NCBI GenBank assembly: GCA_964490395.1
Contig: CAZBAS010000001.1
Coordinates: forward strand, 147,815 to 211,814
Direction: 5' to 3'
DNA from: an uncultured Candidatus Saccharibacteria bacterium
GTDB lineage: Bacteria; Patescibacteriota; Doudnabacteria; UBA920
Length of the DNA stretch: 64,000 bases
Shown: in pieces, positions 26,437 through 34,973 of the stretch
How the letters are laid out: each line of letters opens with the position of its first letter
Numbering within the stretch: position 1 is the stretch's first letter
The notes under the pieces: generated by a model
What the model saw: only the letters and a program-made list of their open reading frames with translations
What the model was told of the DNA's origin: nothing
The model's database searches: none
Program-made: the position numbers and the translations under genes

Positions 26437-28931
26437 AAAGTGGCTACAGCACGCTGAATAAGTTTGGTAATTTCAATATACGAAGCATCTGCTGGTATGT
26501 GCACTGGTTTTCCAAATGTAATATGCGCCGTGCCTTTCGTGGGTAGGGTAGCGCCTCGTGGTAAAATGTGGAAGTTTCCCGATATTTTAATGGGCACCAC
26601 AGGCACTCCCATTTCCTGGGCAATTATACCAATGCCTTTTTTAAATTCGCCTAGCTGCCCAGCTTGACTCCTTGTGCCCTCTGGGTATATGAGCACAGAA
26701 TGCCCGGCATTGAGTAAACTGCCCACATGGCCCAAGCTCTCTCGCACGTTTCCGTCTCTGTCGAGGGGGAATGCGTTAAAAAGTAGCTGCGCCCAGAAGG
26801 CTGTAAATGGGTTTTTAAAAAAATAATCTTTAGCAGCTGCCACACAGAGGTTAGCTCGTATGTGCTGCGGGAGCAAACGGAATATGGTGGGAGTGTCTAA
26901 GTGGCTCTCGTGGTTTGCCACAAGCAGAAATGGACCTCGCGGTAAGTTTGTGGCCGCTCCCTGCGTTCCTTGTAAGGTTTGGAATGACTGGATGGCTAAA
27001 AACAAAAACCATTGCATAACTGCGCGAATTGGTTTTACTATGTGCCATCGTGGCCAGGAAGCTATGTGAATGGCTTTGCTTCTTTGTTCGGAGTGCTGTA
27101 GGAGCTGCATAAGATCGCCAACTGTGCTGGTTTGGGATATGCTCGTTTCTGCTATTTCTATGCCTAACTCATCTTCTATTCTGGAGACTAGCTCTAGTCG
27201 CTTAATAGAGTCTAAATGCAGATCTGTAACAAAATTTGCATTTGGTGCTATGGCCGCGCTCTCCATACCAGTTATTTCGCTTATAATGTGGGTGAGCGGG
27301 TCGGTGCTGACGGGTTTTTGCTGCGCAGATATTGGCGTGGGAGAGTGTTCTTCTGCAATAAGAAATGCTGCTACTTCAGGCCTAAGGATTTTTTTTGTTG
27401 TGGTCCGGGGAAAGTCTGCGAGCGGCCACAATACTAGTTTTTGAATTTGCTGGTGAGATGCTAGGTGGTTGTTTGCGCGCTGCATGATTTCTTCAGGGGA
27501 CGGGGTGTCTGTATCTGTTAACACTGCCGCAACGAGTAAAGTGGATGTGTCTTTTTTTATACCGCACACTACGGCTTCTTTTACTCCTCCAAATTCTCTT
27601 AGTGCTTGTTCTATGTCTTCAGGGTATATGTTCATACCCGAGTCGCTTATAATGGTGTTCTTTTTTCTTCCTTGTATATATACATACCCGTCTGCATCTA
27701 TGGCGCCTACATCGCCAGAGTGAAACCAGCCATTGGCGAACGCGTTTGCAGTGGCCTGCTCATTTTGAAAATATTCACGGGTAAGGTTTGGTCCCTGGAG
27801 CAACAACTCTCCATCGTCCGCGACCTGTACAGATATACCGGGTAGTACCCGGCCAACAGAACGAGGCTTATGAGCCTGGAGCGAACTTGCAGTAATGAGG
27901 GGCGATGCTTCGGTGAGGCCGTATCCCTGAAGGGGGACAATGCCTAGCCTGGTCCAAAACAGCTCAAGGCTTACATCGAGGGGTGCGCCGCCCACGTAAA
28001 ATTCTTTCAGAGATAGACCGAGCTTGGTTCTTATTCGGTGGAAAAGTAGCCTACGTATGGCTACGGGAAAACGTTCTGCCCTGCTGAGTGCCTGCGAAAA
28101 TTGCGTTGTTTTGTGGGCGGCCTCCACAGTTCGCATGATTGAGTTTTTAAGCAATTGCAGCACTGCAGGAACGCACACTATGGAAGTTATGCGTTCGTTT
28201 TGCAGTGCTGCAACCATATACTTTGGTTTTATGGTGTAGGGGTACACAATGCTTGCTCCCCAGAATAAGGGACTAAAAAGACCACCGGTTTGTTCCAGCA
28301 TGTGGCTCAACGGTACCAAGGAAAGGAATTGGTGAGTACTGCTCAGTGGCGCCACCTGTGAAAGCATATATACATCGGAGCAGACGTTTGCATGGGTGAG
28401 CACGACTCCTTTTGGCTCACCCGTACTTCCCGAGCTGAAGACAATTTCTAGTGTATCGTTTGGCTCAATGGTGGGCACGCTAGCAATGGCCGCACTGGGC
28501 AAGCTATCAAAAGGAATATCCTCAATATATACAATGGGTGTATAAGGGCTTGGTGTGAGCGGGGAAAGCGTGTGCGAAGTAAAAATAATTTTTGCACGTG
28601 TCGTACGCGCAATTGTATCTATGAACTCCGGAGTTGAGTTACTGTCCAGGGGCACTACTACCACGCCGAGACTTGCACACGCAAAAAAGATGCAAGACCA
28701 CTCAGGGGAGTTGGGTGTGCGCAGTATAACTGTATCTCCCTTGCGTAGCTGTTGCTCGGCAAGAAAACTGATTGTGCTATCAACTTTTTGTTTTAGCTCG
28801 GTATATGTCCAAACAATTCTTCGAAATTTTCGGTGTTGTATAAATGCTACTTCGGTACCAAAGGCATTGCATGCATTAAGAAGTAGTGCGGGTACTGTAT
28901 GGGGCTGTGTCATATAGGTAGTATATAACAT
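26433..28931 (-). CDS. tri-domain fusion: acyl-AMP ligase (acyl-ACP synthetase) / acyl carrier protein / 1-acylglycerol-3-phosphate O-acyltransferase (PlsC)
   Basis: 832 aa. AMP-binding motifs SSGSTGEPKGV, YGLTE, SGD and GRKKNTII. ACP-like DLHLDSIKRLELVSRIEDELGIEI with a DS phosphopantetheine-attachment Ser. PlsC motifs NHESHLD, FPLDRD, YPEGTRS and VPVVPI. Confidence 0.7.
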   Translation of the reverse strand: MLYTTYMTQPHTVPALLLNACNAFGTEVAFIQHRKFRRIVWTYTELKQKVDSTISFLAEQQLRKGDTVILRTPNSPEWSCIFFACASLGVVVVPLDSNSTPEFIDTIARTTRAKIIFTSHTLSPLTPSPYTPIVYIEDIPFDSLPSAAIASVPTIEPNDTLEIVFSSGSTGEPKGVVLTHANVCSDVYMLSQVAPLSSTHQFLSLVPLSHMLEQTGGLFSPLFWGASIVYPYTIKPKYMVAALQNERITSIVCVPAVLQLLKNSIMRTVEAAHKTTQFSQALSRAERFPVAIRRLLFHRIRTKLGLSLKEFYVGGAPLDVSLELFWTRLGIVPLQGYGLTEASPLITASSLQAHKPRSVGRVLPGISVQVADDGELLLQGPNLTREYFQNEQATANAFANGWFHSGDVGAIDADGYVYIQGRKKNTIISDSGMNIYPEDIEQALREFGGVKEAVVCGIKKDTSTLLVAAVLTDTDTPSPEEIMQRANNHLASHQQIQKLVLWPLADFPRTTTKKILRPEVAAFLIAEEHSPTPISAQQKPVSTDPLTHIISEITGMESAAIAPNANFVTDLHLDSIKRLELVSRIEDELGIEIAETSISQTSTVGDLMQLLQHSEQRSKAIHIASWPRWHIVKPIRAVMQWFLFLAIQSFQTLQGTQGAATNLPRGPFLLVANHESHLDTPTIFRLLPQHIRANLCVAAAKDYFFKNPFTAFWAQLLFNAFPLDRDGNVRESLGHVGSLLNAGHSVLIYPEGTRSQAGQLGEFKKGIGIIAQEMGVPVVPIKISGNFHILPRGATLPTKGTAHITFGKPVHIPADASYIEITKLIQRAVATL

Positions 28932-28977
28932 CAGTGCGCTTTAGGCATACAAACACCTGGTTTAGAGTGTTGGCTAT

Positions 28978-29451
28978 TTAGTCTAGTCCGTAGTTAATTT
29001 CTATATCGTAGTTTGTAATTTTATTCTGCTGCACTGTTGCTGTGCAGAGGTTGTATGATCCATCAAATGTAGTGCAGTATTCCTCTCCTTTTTCTTTTAC
29101 AAATATACTGTAGGTGCCCGGGGCGAGTTCGGTCTTGTAAAAACCTGCACTATCCGATTTTACTGTTTTGACTAGAGGTGCGAGTTCGCGCTGTGCGCCC
29201 TTATCTGGAAATCGTTGTTTTGTAAGTTCTCGTATATACACAGTTCTGGACGCAGGAGTATTCAGGCATGGGTTTTCGTCTGGTGTAGGCTGTTCCGTGA
29301 GGGTTCTGGGCATGCAATTCCCGGTGCGCAGAGTAATTTTTCCGGAAATGCCCTGGGTAATGGGCTTTGAGGATGCATCGCGTTCCAGAAACAAATATCC
29401 GCCTATGCTGAGGCCAATAATGATAACAGCTCCTAATATGTATTTTTGCAT
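28978..29451 (-). CDS. hypothetical membrane-anchored/secreted protein
   Basis: N-terminal TM (ILGAVIIIGLSIGGYLF). 157 aa. Confidence 0.35.
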   Translation of the reverse strand: MQKYILGAVIIIGLSIGGYLFLERDASSKPITQGISGKITLRTGNCMPRTLTEQPTPDENPCLNTPASRTVYIRELTKQRFPDKGAQRELAPLVKTVKSDSAGFYKTELAPGTYSIFVKEKGEEYCTTFDGSYNLCTATVQQNKITNYDIEINYGLD

Positions 29452-29522
29452 TGTTCTATATATCTTGTCGTGAAAAGTCTTATATGGGTATATACGATGC
29501 AGTCATAGATTAGTAACAAAAT

Positions 29523-29545
29523 AAAAGGTGCTAGGCACCTTTTAT
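29523..29545. terminator. terminator hairpin, family copy 3
   Basis: AAAAGGTGCTAGGCACCTTTTATTTT, downstream of zwf on the minus strand. Confidence 0.6.
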
Positions 29546-29673
29546 TTTCGTTTTATTATAGACATACCGCCGTACTTGCTTGGTTTGCGCAGGGATGCGC
29601 CAGAGAGGTGCATGCGTTTCCGATTTTTTACTTCTCGTTTTTCTGCCTTAAGATTTGTTTTCGTTTTTCTCAT
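29542..29673 (-). CDS. candidate small, highly basic protein (43 aa, MRKTKTNLKAEKREVKNRKRMHLSGASLRKPSKYGGMSIIKRK)
   Basis: Not in the track because it is under 60 aa. It begins 17 nt after the zwf stop and ends exactly at the terminator hairpin. K/R make up 18 of 43 residues, a ribosomal-protein-like composition. No clear SD. Confidence 0.25.
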   Translation of the reverse strand: MRKTKTNLKAEKREVKNRKRMHLSGASLRKPSKYGGMSIIKRK

Positions 29674-29690
29674 AACAAAAAATTAGTTTG

Positions 29691-31037
29691 TTATATACTT
29701 TGCGCGAGTACTTCATCCGGCGTACTACCCGGTGAGTAAGAAGCAAGGTCGTTACCAGACATTTCCCAGGAGCGTTGGATAGGGTCGAGAATTTTCCACG
29801 ACTCAAGGACTTCTTCGCCAGAGGTAAATAGAGCGTGGTCGGACTTTATGGCACTGAAGAGTACTTGTCCATATGGTTCTGGGAGTCCTAGTTCGCGGTC
29901 GCCGAATACAAACTTTACTTTATGTTGGGTAAGCTCATGTTCGTACCCGGGCCGCTTTGCCCAAATGCATAACTCAACGCCTTCGTCTGGCTGCAAACGG
30001 AGTGTTAGCTCCTCTGGCTCTTCACCTGCATCTTTTTTATAAAAAATTCGGATCTCAGTGTATCTACTTTTAAGAGCTTTACCAGTCGTGAGCACAATGG
30101 GCACGCCTGTCCATTTTTCATCTTGCGATTCTAAACGAACAGATGCAAATGTCTCAACCATGCTTTGAGGGTTTTGTACTTCTTCTCTGTAACCTGTATA
30201 TTGCCCGCGGTATGCGAAGTCCGTAATTGCATTCGCGCCGGTGGGGAAGCGTAGTTGCTGTAGCGCTTTAAGCCGTAGCTCTGGCACTTGTTGCATGTTG
30301 CCTTTTGGGGGGGTGTCCATGAGTGCGAGGGCCGCCAGCTGGAGTAGGTGGCTTTGCATAAAGTCTCGGAGGGCACCGGTCTGTTCGTAAAAAAGCGCTC
30401 GGCCTTCTATGCCTATGGCCTCACTAGCGGTAATTTCAATGCGCTCTATGAACTCTTTGTTCCAGGTTCGTTTAAACAGTGGGTTGTATTCCCGAAATAT
30501 AACTAGGTTCTGAGCGGTGTCCCGCGCAAGATAGTGGTCTATGCGGTATATTTGTTCTGAAGTGAAATAGCGATCTATGTGTTCTATAAGATCCTTGGCA
30601 CTTTCCAAATCTGTGCCAAATGGCTTTTCAAGTAAAAGTTTTGTCTGAGGTTTCTTTGCTAAACCGGAGGTGCCCAAGTGCTCTATAATTGGTTTTGAAA
30701 CCTGTGGCGGTACTGAGAGGTAAAAGAGTCGCTGCGGCTGTTGACTAAAAGTATCTCCGAGGGTTTGCAAATAGTTCGTTAGCTTTCCATAATCTTCCTC
30801 ACTTGTTAAGTCCATTTGAAACAATTCAGTGTGTTCGGTAATATATGCGGCATGTTCTGTTTTACTTAGCAATGACTCAACAGTTACATCGCTTTTTCGG
30901 GTAATACCTACAATGCGAAACTCCTCTGGTAGTGCTCCGGCAAGTGCCATTTTACCAATAGCAGGCAACAGCTTTCGCTGCGCTAAGTCACCGGTTATAC
31001 CAATGATTATGAGGATGGTAGGGGAGGCTGAATTCAT
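29691..31037 (-). CDS. zwf: glucose-6-phosphate 1-dehydrogenase
   Basis: ILIIIGITGDLAQRKLLPAI matches the G6PD N-terminal signature GASGDLAKRKLxPAL. RIDHYLARD motif. Confidence 0.85.
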   Translation of the reverse strand: MNSASPTILIIIGITGDLAQRKLLPAIGKMALAGALPEEFRIVGITRKSDVTVESLLSKTEHAAYITEHTELFQMDLTSEEDYGKLTNYLQTLGDTFSQQPQRLFYLSVPPQVSKPIIEHLGTSGLAKKPQTKLLLEKPFGTDLESAKDLIEHIDRYFTSEQIYRIDHYLARDTAQNLVIFREYNPLFKRTWNKEFIERIEITASEAIGIEGRALFYEQTGALRDFMQSHLLQLAALALMDTPPKGNMQQVPELRLKALQQLRFPTGANAITDFAYRGQYTGYREEVQNPQSMVETFASVRLESQDEKWTGVPIVLTTGKALKSRYTEIRIFYKKDAGEEPEELTLRLQPDEGVELCIWAKRPGYEHELTQHKVKFVFGDRELGLPEPYGQVLFSAIKSDHALFTSGEEVLESWKILDPIQRSWEMSGNDLASYSPGSTPDEVLAQSI

Positions 31038-31058
31038 AGAATGAGTAATAATAGAAAT

Positions 31059-31141
31059 GCCTAATACCTAATTTCTAATGTGTGATGAAAGACGGGAGAA
31101 TATTCCGGACATTAGATATTAGGAATTGGAAATTAGACATT
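31059..31141. repeat. family-A palindromic element (CTAAT heptads), copy A2
   Basis: GCCTAATACCTAATTTCTAATG, a 30-nt spacer containing GAATATTC, then ATTAGATATTAGGAATTGGAAATTAGACATT. Upstream of zwf. Confidence 0.7.
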
Positions 31142-31154
31142 GTGTCTTTAACAC

Positions 31155-32057
31155 TTACTTATTTATCTTATGGCCGCCAAAGGCGTTGCGCATGGCCGCA
31201 AGAAGTTTAGTGGCAAAGTTAGTGCGGCCTTGTTGTGACGCCAGTCGTACGTCAAACGAGGCTTGTATGGAAGGCATGTCTATATTCATGTCTTTTGCTA
31301 CTTCAAGCGTCCATCGTGCTTCCCCAGACTCAGCTACATACCCGTCTATACCCGCAAGCTCTGGGTTTTCTTTGAGTGCGTCCCGGCTCAGTTCGTTGAG
31401 CCAGGAGGTAATAACGCTATGGTGTTGCCAGACTTCTCCAGCAGCAGCGAGGTCTAAGTTTTTATATGGACCTTCTTTCAAAAAGCGATAGCCCTCAGCA
31501 AGGCTTTGCATCATGCCATACTCAATGGCGTTGTGGGTCATCTTTACAAAATGGCCGCTACCGCTGTCTCCAAAGTGGTGGTAGGCGCCCTCGGGTAGTG
31601 CAAGCGTTTGTAAGACTGGTTCCACTGTTCTAAAACTCTCTGCGTCACCGCCGGCCATCATGGAAAAACCATGTGCGTACCCCCATATGCCCCCACTTGT
31701 TCCTACGTCGAGGAGGAGGGAGCCATGTTCTGCGACTCGCTCTGCGCGAATTTTAGTTTGGCGAAAGTCCGAATTGCCGCCGTCTATAATAATACTCTTG
31801 GCTGGGACGAGCGCCAGCCAGGCAGCCAGCTCCGCGTCTACTACATCCGCAGGAACCATGAGCCACAGCACTATTTGGTCGCCGCCAAATGCCGCAACCA
31901 CTTCTTCTTTGCTGTAGGCAGGGGTTGCCCCTATGGCCTTCATTTCATCTATTGGCTCTTTACTTCTGTTGTGCGCGATAACGGTATGTCCGCCTTCTTG
32001 TAGCTTGCGGGCAATTTGCATGCCCATTCGTCCGAGGCCTGATATTGCTATTTTCAT
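31155..32057 (-). CDS. gnd: 6-phosphogluconate dehydrogenase (decarboxylating), short ~300-aa form
   Basis: MKIAISGLGRMGMQIARKL Rossmann N-terminus. Confidence 0.8.
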   Translation of the reverse strand: MKIAISGLGRMGMQIARKLQEGGHTVIAHNRSKEPIDEMKAIGATPAYSKEEVVAAFGGDQIVLWLMVPADVVDAELAAWLALVPAKSIIIDGGNSDFRQTKIRAERVAEHGSLLLDVGTSGGIWGYAHGFSMMAGGDAESFRTVEPVLQTLALPEGAYHHFGDSGSGHFVKMTHNAIEYGMMQSLAEGYRFLKEGPYKNLDLAAAGEVWQHHSVITSWLNELSRDALKENPELAGIDGYVAESGEARWTLEVAKDMNIDMPSIQASFDVRLASQQGRTNFATKLLAAMRNAFGGHKINK

Positions 32058-32218
32058 AAAAGTTTATATTTAAATGGTTATGGCATTAAGGTCTTATCAT
32101 TGCCTGAAGTCATCGACGAAGCAATCTAATAATAATTATGTACAAATGTTAGATTGTCACGATCCGATCCAGGCATCGAATCTCGCAATGACAGAGCAGA
32201 GAAAGATGGCTCTATTTT

Positions 32219-32884
32219 TTAAGATTGAAAATCGGTAAAGAGTGTGAACGTTGGAATCTGCTTTAACAATTGCGCTGGCTGCTCGGTAACAGGTGTATTG
32301 CTGGTAAGTAAAGTTGCAAGTGTTGGCCATTTTGCTTCCCCCGCAGCAAAGGCTATTGCTTCGGAAAGTTTGAGAATTGTCGAAGGAGTTGTGGTAATGC
32401 GTTCATAGCCGCCACCGTCATAAGTAACCGCATACTCGTGAGCATCTACGGCAGGGCTGTGGGGGAGTATGCCAGATGTGTGGCCATCTGCGCCTATTCC
32501 GAAAAAACCTATAGCGTAATTTGTTTGCGCCAGCTCAGTTTTCAGAAACGCATTAAACTGCTCTGTGGTGGTTGCTCGATCGTGGCCGCGTAGTACAGGC
32601 GCAAGTGTTGCATGAGGAAGGCTAAATCCCGCGTGTAGTAATTGTTCCCAGTTTGAATCTGTATGGGCTATGGGGCCATAACGTTCGTCGGTAAGGGTTA
32701 TGACGAGCTTTTGCTGCTCCTCTATGTGTATGAGTTTCGCCGCCTCTACAATGATGGGGATACAGGAGCCACCTGCGACTAACCATGTCACATGTTTCCC
32801 CGCGGAGAGCTGCTTCATAATTTGCCCCGCAAGGAAGCGTGCTATTTCCCGCTGGTCCGTAGTGGTTCTTACTTCTATATTCAT
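32219..32884 (-). CDS. pgl: 6-phosphogluconolactonase
   Basis: NagB/Pgl family. GIGADGHTSGILP motif. Adjacent to gnd and zwf. Confidence 0.7.
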   Translation of the reverse strand: MNIEVRTTTDQREIARFLAGQIMKQLSAGKHVTWLVAGGSCIPIIVEAAKLIHIEEQQKLVITLTDERYGPIAHTDSNWEQLLHAGFSLPHATLAPVLRGHDRATTTEQFNAFLKTELAQTNYAIGFFGIGADGHTSGILPHSPAVDAHEYAVTYDGGGYERITTTPSTILKLSEAIAFAAGEAKWPTLATLLTSNTPVTEQPAQLLKQIPTFTLFTDFQS

Positions 32885-32933
32885 ACGTATATAGGTATTC
32901 TACAAGGTATTATTGGAGTTGGCTATTGGCAGT

Positions 32934-33059
32934 CATGAAAACATATAAGCATACAAACATGTAAACAAAAAGCATGTAAACATATAAACATGGCTCCCGA
33001 AGAGGCTCTGCCTTTTGTTTAAATGCTTACATGCTTGCATGTTTGTATATCCTGCTTCA
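32934..33059. promoter_or_regulatory. large imperfect inverted repeat in the pgl/glgP divergent intergenic region (candidate operator)
   Basis: The left arm ATACAAACATGTAAACAAAAAGCATGTAAACAT pairs with the right arm ATGCTTACATGCTTGCATGTTTGTAT. Both are built from CATGTAAAC-type motifs. Confidence 0.45.
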
Positions 33060-33113
33060 TTAGGCGCCTAGGGCCATCTTTGGTATGCTTACTTATACAG
33101 AACAATACACTTT

Positions 33114-34841
33114 ATGAACTTCAAAGACATACAAAACAAATGGCCTGCAGTGGCCGAGCTCAAAGCCCATCCCGTAGCATATTTTTGTGCTGAATTTGCG
33201 CTTTCAGATGAATTGCCCATATACTCGGGCGGCCTTGGCGTACTGGCCGGAGATGTGATTCGTGAAGCAAATGTTGCCAACATGCCGTTAGTTGGCGTGG
33301 GGTTGTTTTATAAAGAGGGCTACTTTAGGCAAGTGATTACGGAGGCGGGGCTCCAAGATGAATTGCCCGCCTATCACGAGCTTGCGCATCTACCCATTGC
33401 TGTTGTTACAGATGCTGTGGGTAATGAAGTTCGCATTAAAATGTATATTGGCAACCGCATTATAGTAGTACGCACATGGAAATACATGGAAGGAAATATT
33501 CCAGTGTATTTGCTCGATACCGATCTTCCTGAAAATATGGAGCTTGATCGTCGCCTGACCTTAAGCCTCTATCCAACCGATAATGAGTGGCGTATACAGC
33601 AAGAAATAATCTTAGGCATAGGCGGTGTAAAGCTGCTACACCACTTGGGCATTACGCCTGGCGTGTACCACTTAAACGAGGGTCATTCCGCGTTTGCTAT
33701 ATTGGAAATTGCGCATAAGTATTTAAAGAACCACCCAGTTAGTTTTTCTGAGGCCCTGACCTATGCCCGCAGTAGGACTGTGTTTACCAATCATACTCTT
33801 ATTTCCTCTGGGAATGATGTGTTTAGCAGCGAAACAGTAGCGAGGCTGTTGAAAGAATACGCAGACCATCTTGAGCTGCCGGTAGATGATATTGTGCGCA
33901 TGGGTGCGGTTCCTGGTCAGACTAATTTATTTTCCATGACGCACTTGGCTCTTTCTGCGAGCAATAGGGTAAGTGCAGTGAGTAAGACCCATGCTGAGTT
34001 TGCGAAAATCACCTGGCCAGACCGAGAACTTATGCCCATTACCAACGGTGTGCATGCACCATTTTGGCAAGCTCCGGGGTGGCAACATATAGCAGATCAG
34101 CTTGCCCGAGGGTTCGATGTAACCGATGCGGAAATATGGCGCACGCATCTTCAGTACAAAGCTGAATTACTTGCTCACCTCGAGCGGGTAACCTCATCTT
34201 CGTTTAGTCCAGAAGCGCTGACTATTACGTGGGCACGGCGCATTGCTGCGTACAAACAGCCGCTATTGTTGTTTTCTGATATTGCCCGCCTTAAGGCCAT
34301 TATCTATAACAGTGAACGCCCTGTACAAATTGTTATAGCAGGTAAAGCCCATCCAGGAGATGCTGCGGCAAAAGGCATGATTACCGAACTCTTGAACCTG
34401 CTTAAATCACACGATTTACATGACAGCATTGTATTTGTGCCAAACTATAATTTGCAGCTTGCACGTCTCTTGGTCGCGGGGAGTGATGTCTGGCTCAATA
34501 CGCCTATTCGCGGTCAGGAGGCGTGCGGCACGTCGGGTATGAAATCTGCCATGAATGGTGGTTTGCAGTGCGCTATTTCCGATGGCTGGACAGATGAAAT
34601 TTCTCTACAAGATCTAGGGTTTCTCGTGAGTCCCGTAGACTCAGCTACCAGTTTATACAATAGCTTAGAGCAAACCATAGCCCCGCTCTACTATAGTGGA
34701 CAAGTAACGCAGGGCATACCAACAGAATGGGTTTCGCGTATGCGTCAAACCGTACACGTAGTAACTCAGGGCTTTTCTTCAGAACGCATGTTACAAGAAT
34801 ATATAGAAAAGCTATACGTTCCAACTATGGGCAATGGCTAA
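33114..34841 (+). CDS. glgP: alpha-glucan (glycogen/maltodextrin) phosphorylase, short GT35 form
   Basis: YSGGLGVLAGD and EACGTSGMK (PLP-Lys) motifs. 575 aa. Confidence 0.8.
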   Translation: MNFKDIQNKWPAVAELKAHPVAYFCAEFALSDELPIYSGGLGVLAGDVIREANVANMPLVGVGLFYKEGYFRQVITEAGLQDELPAYHELAHLPIAVVTDAVGNEVRIKMYIGNRIIVVRTWKYMEGNIPVYLLDTDLPENMELDRRLTLSLYPTDNEWRIQQEIILGIGGVKLLHHLGITPGVYHLNEGHSAFAILEIAHKYLKNHPVSFSEALTYARSRTVFTNHTLISSGNDVFSSETVARLLKEYADHLELPVDDIVRMGAVPGQTNLFSMTHLALSASNRVSAVSKTHAEFAKITWPDRELMPITNGVHAPFWQAPGWQHIADQLARGFDVTDAEIWRTHLQYKAELLAHLERVTSSSFSPEALTITWARRIAAYKQPLLLFSDIARLKAIIYNSERPVQIVIAGKAHPGDAAAKGMITELLNLLKSHDLHDSIVFVPNYNLQLARLLVAGSDVWLNTPIRGQEACGTSGMKSAMNGGLQCAISDGWTDEISLQDLGFLVSPVDSATSLYNSLEQTIAPLYYSGQVTQGIPTEWVSRMRQTVHVVTQGFSSERMLQEYIEKLYVPTMGNG

Positions 34842-34973
34842 GTCTGGCGTTATGGCGTATAGTACACACAGGGGGCGACGTGCCCCCTTTTAGTATGCGC
34901 AAATAGGGTCGCTGCGCAGTGGTATAGTAGCTTGGCCAAATTGTACGACCCGTAATGCAGTCCCCGAAATTTT

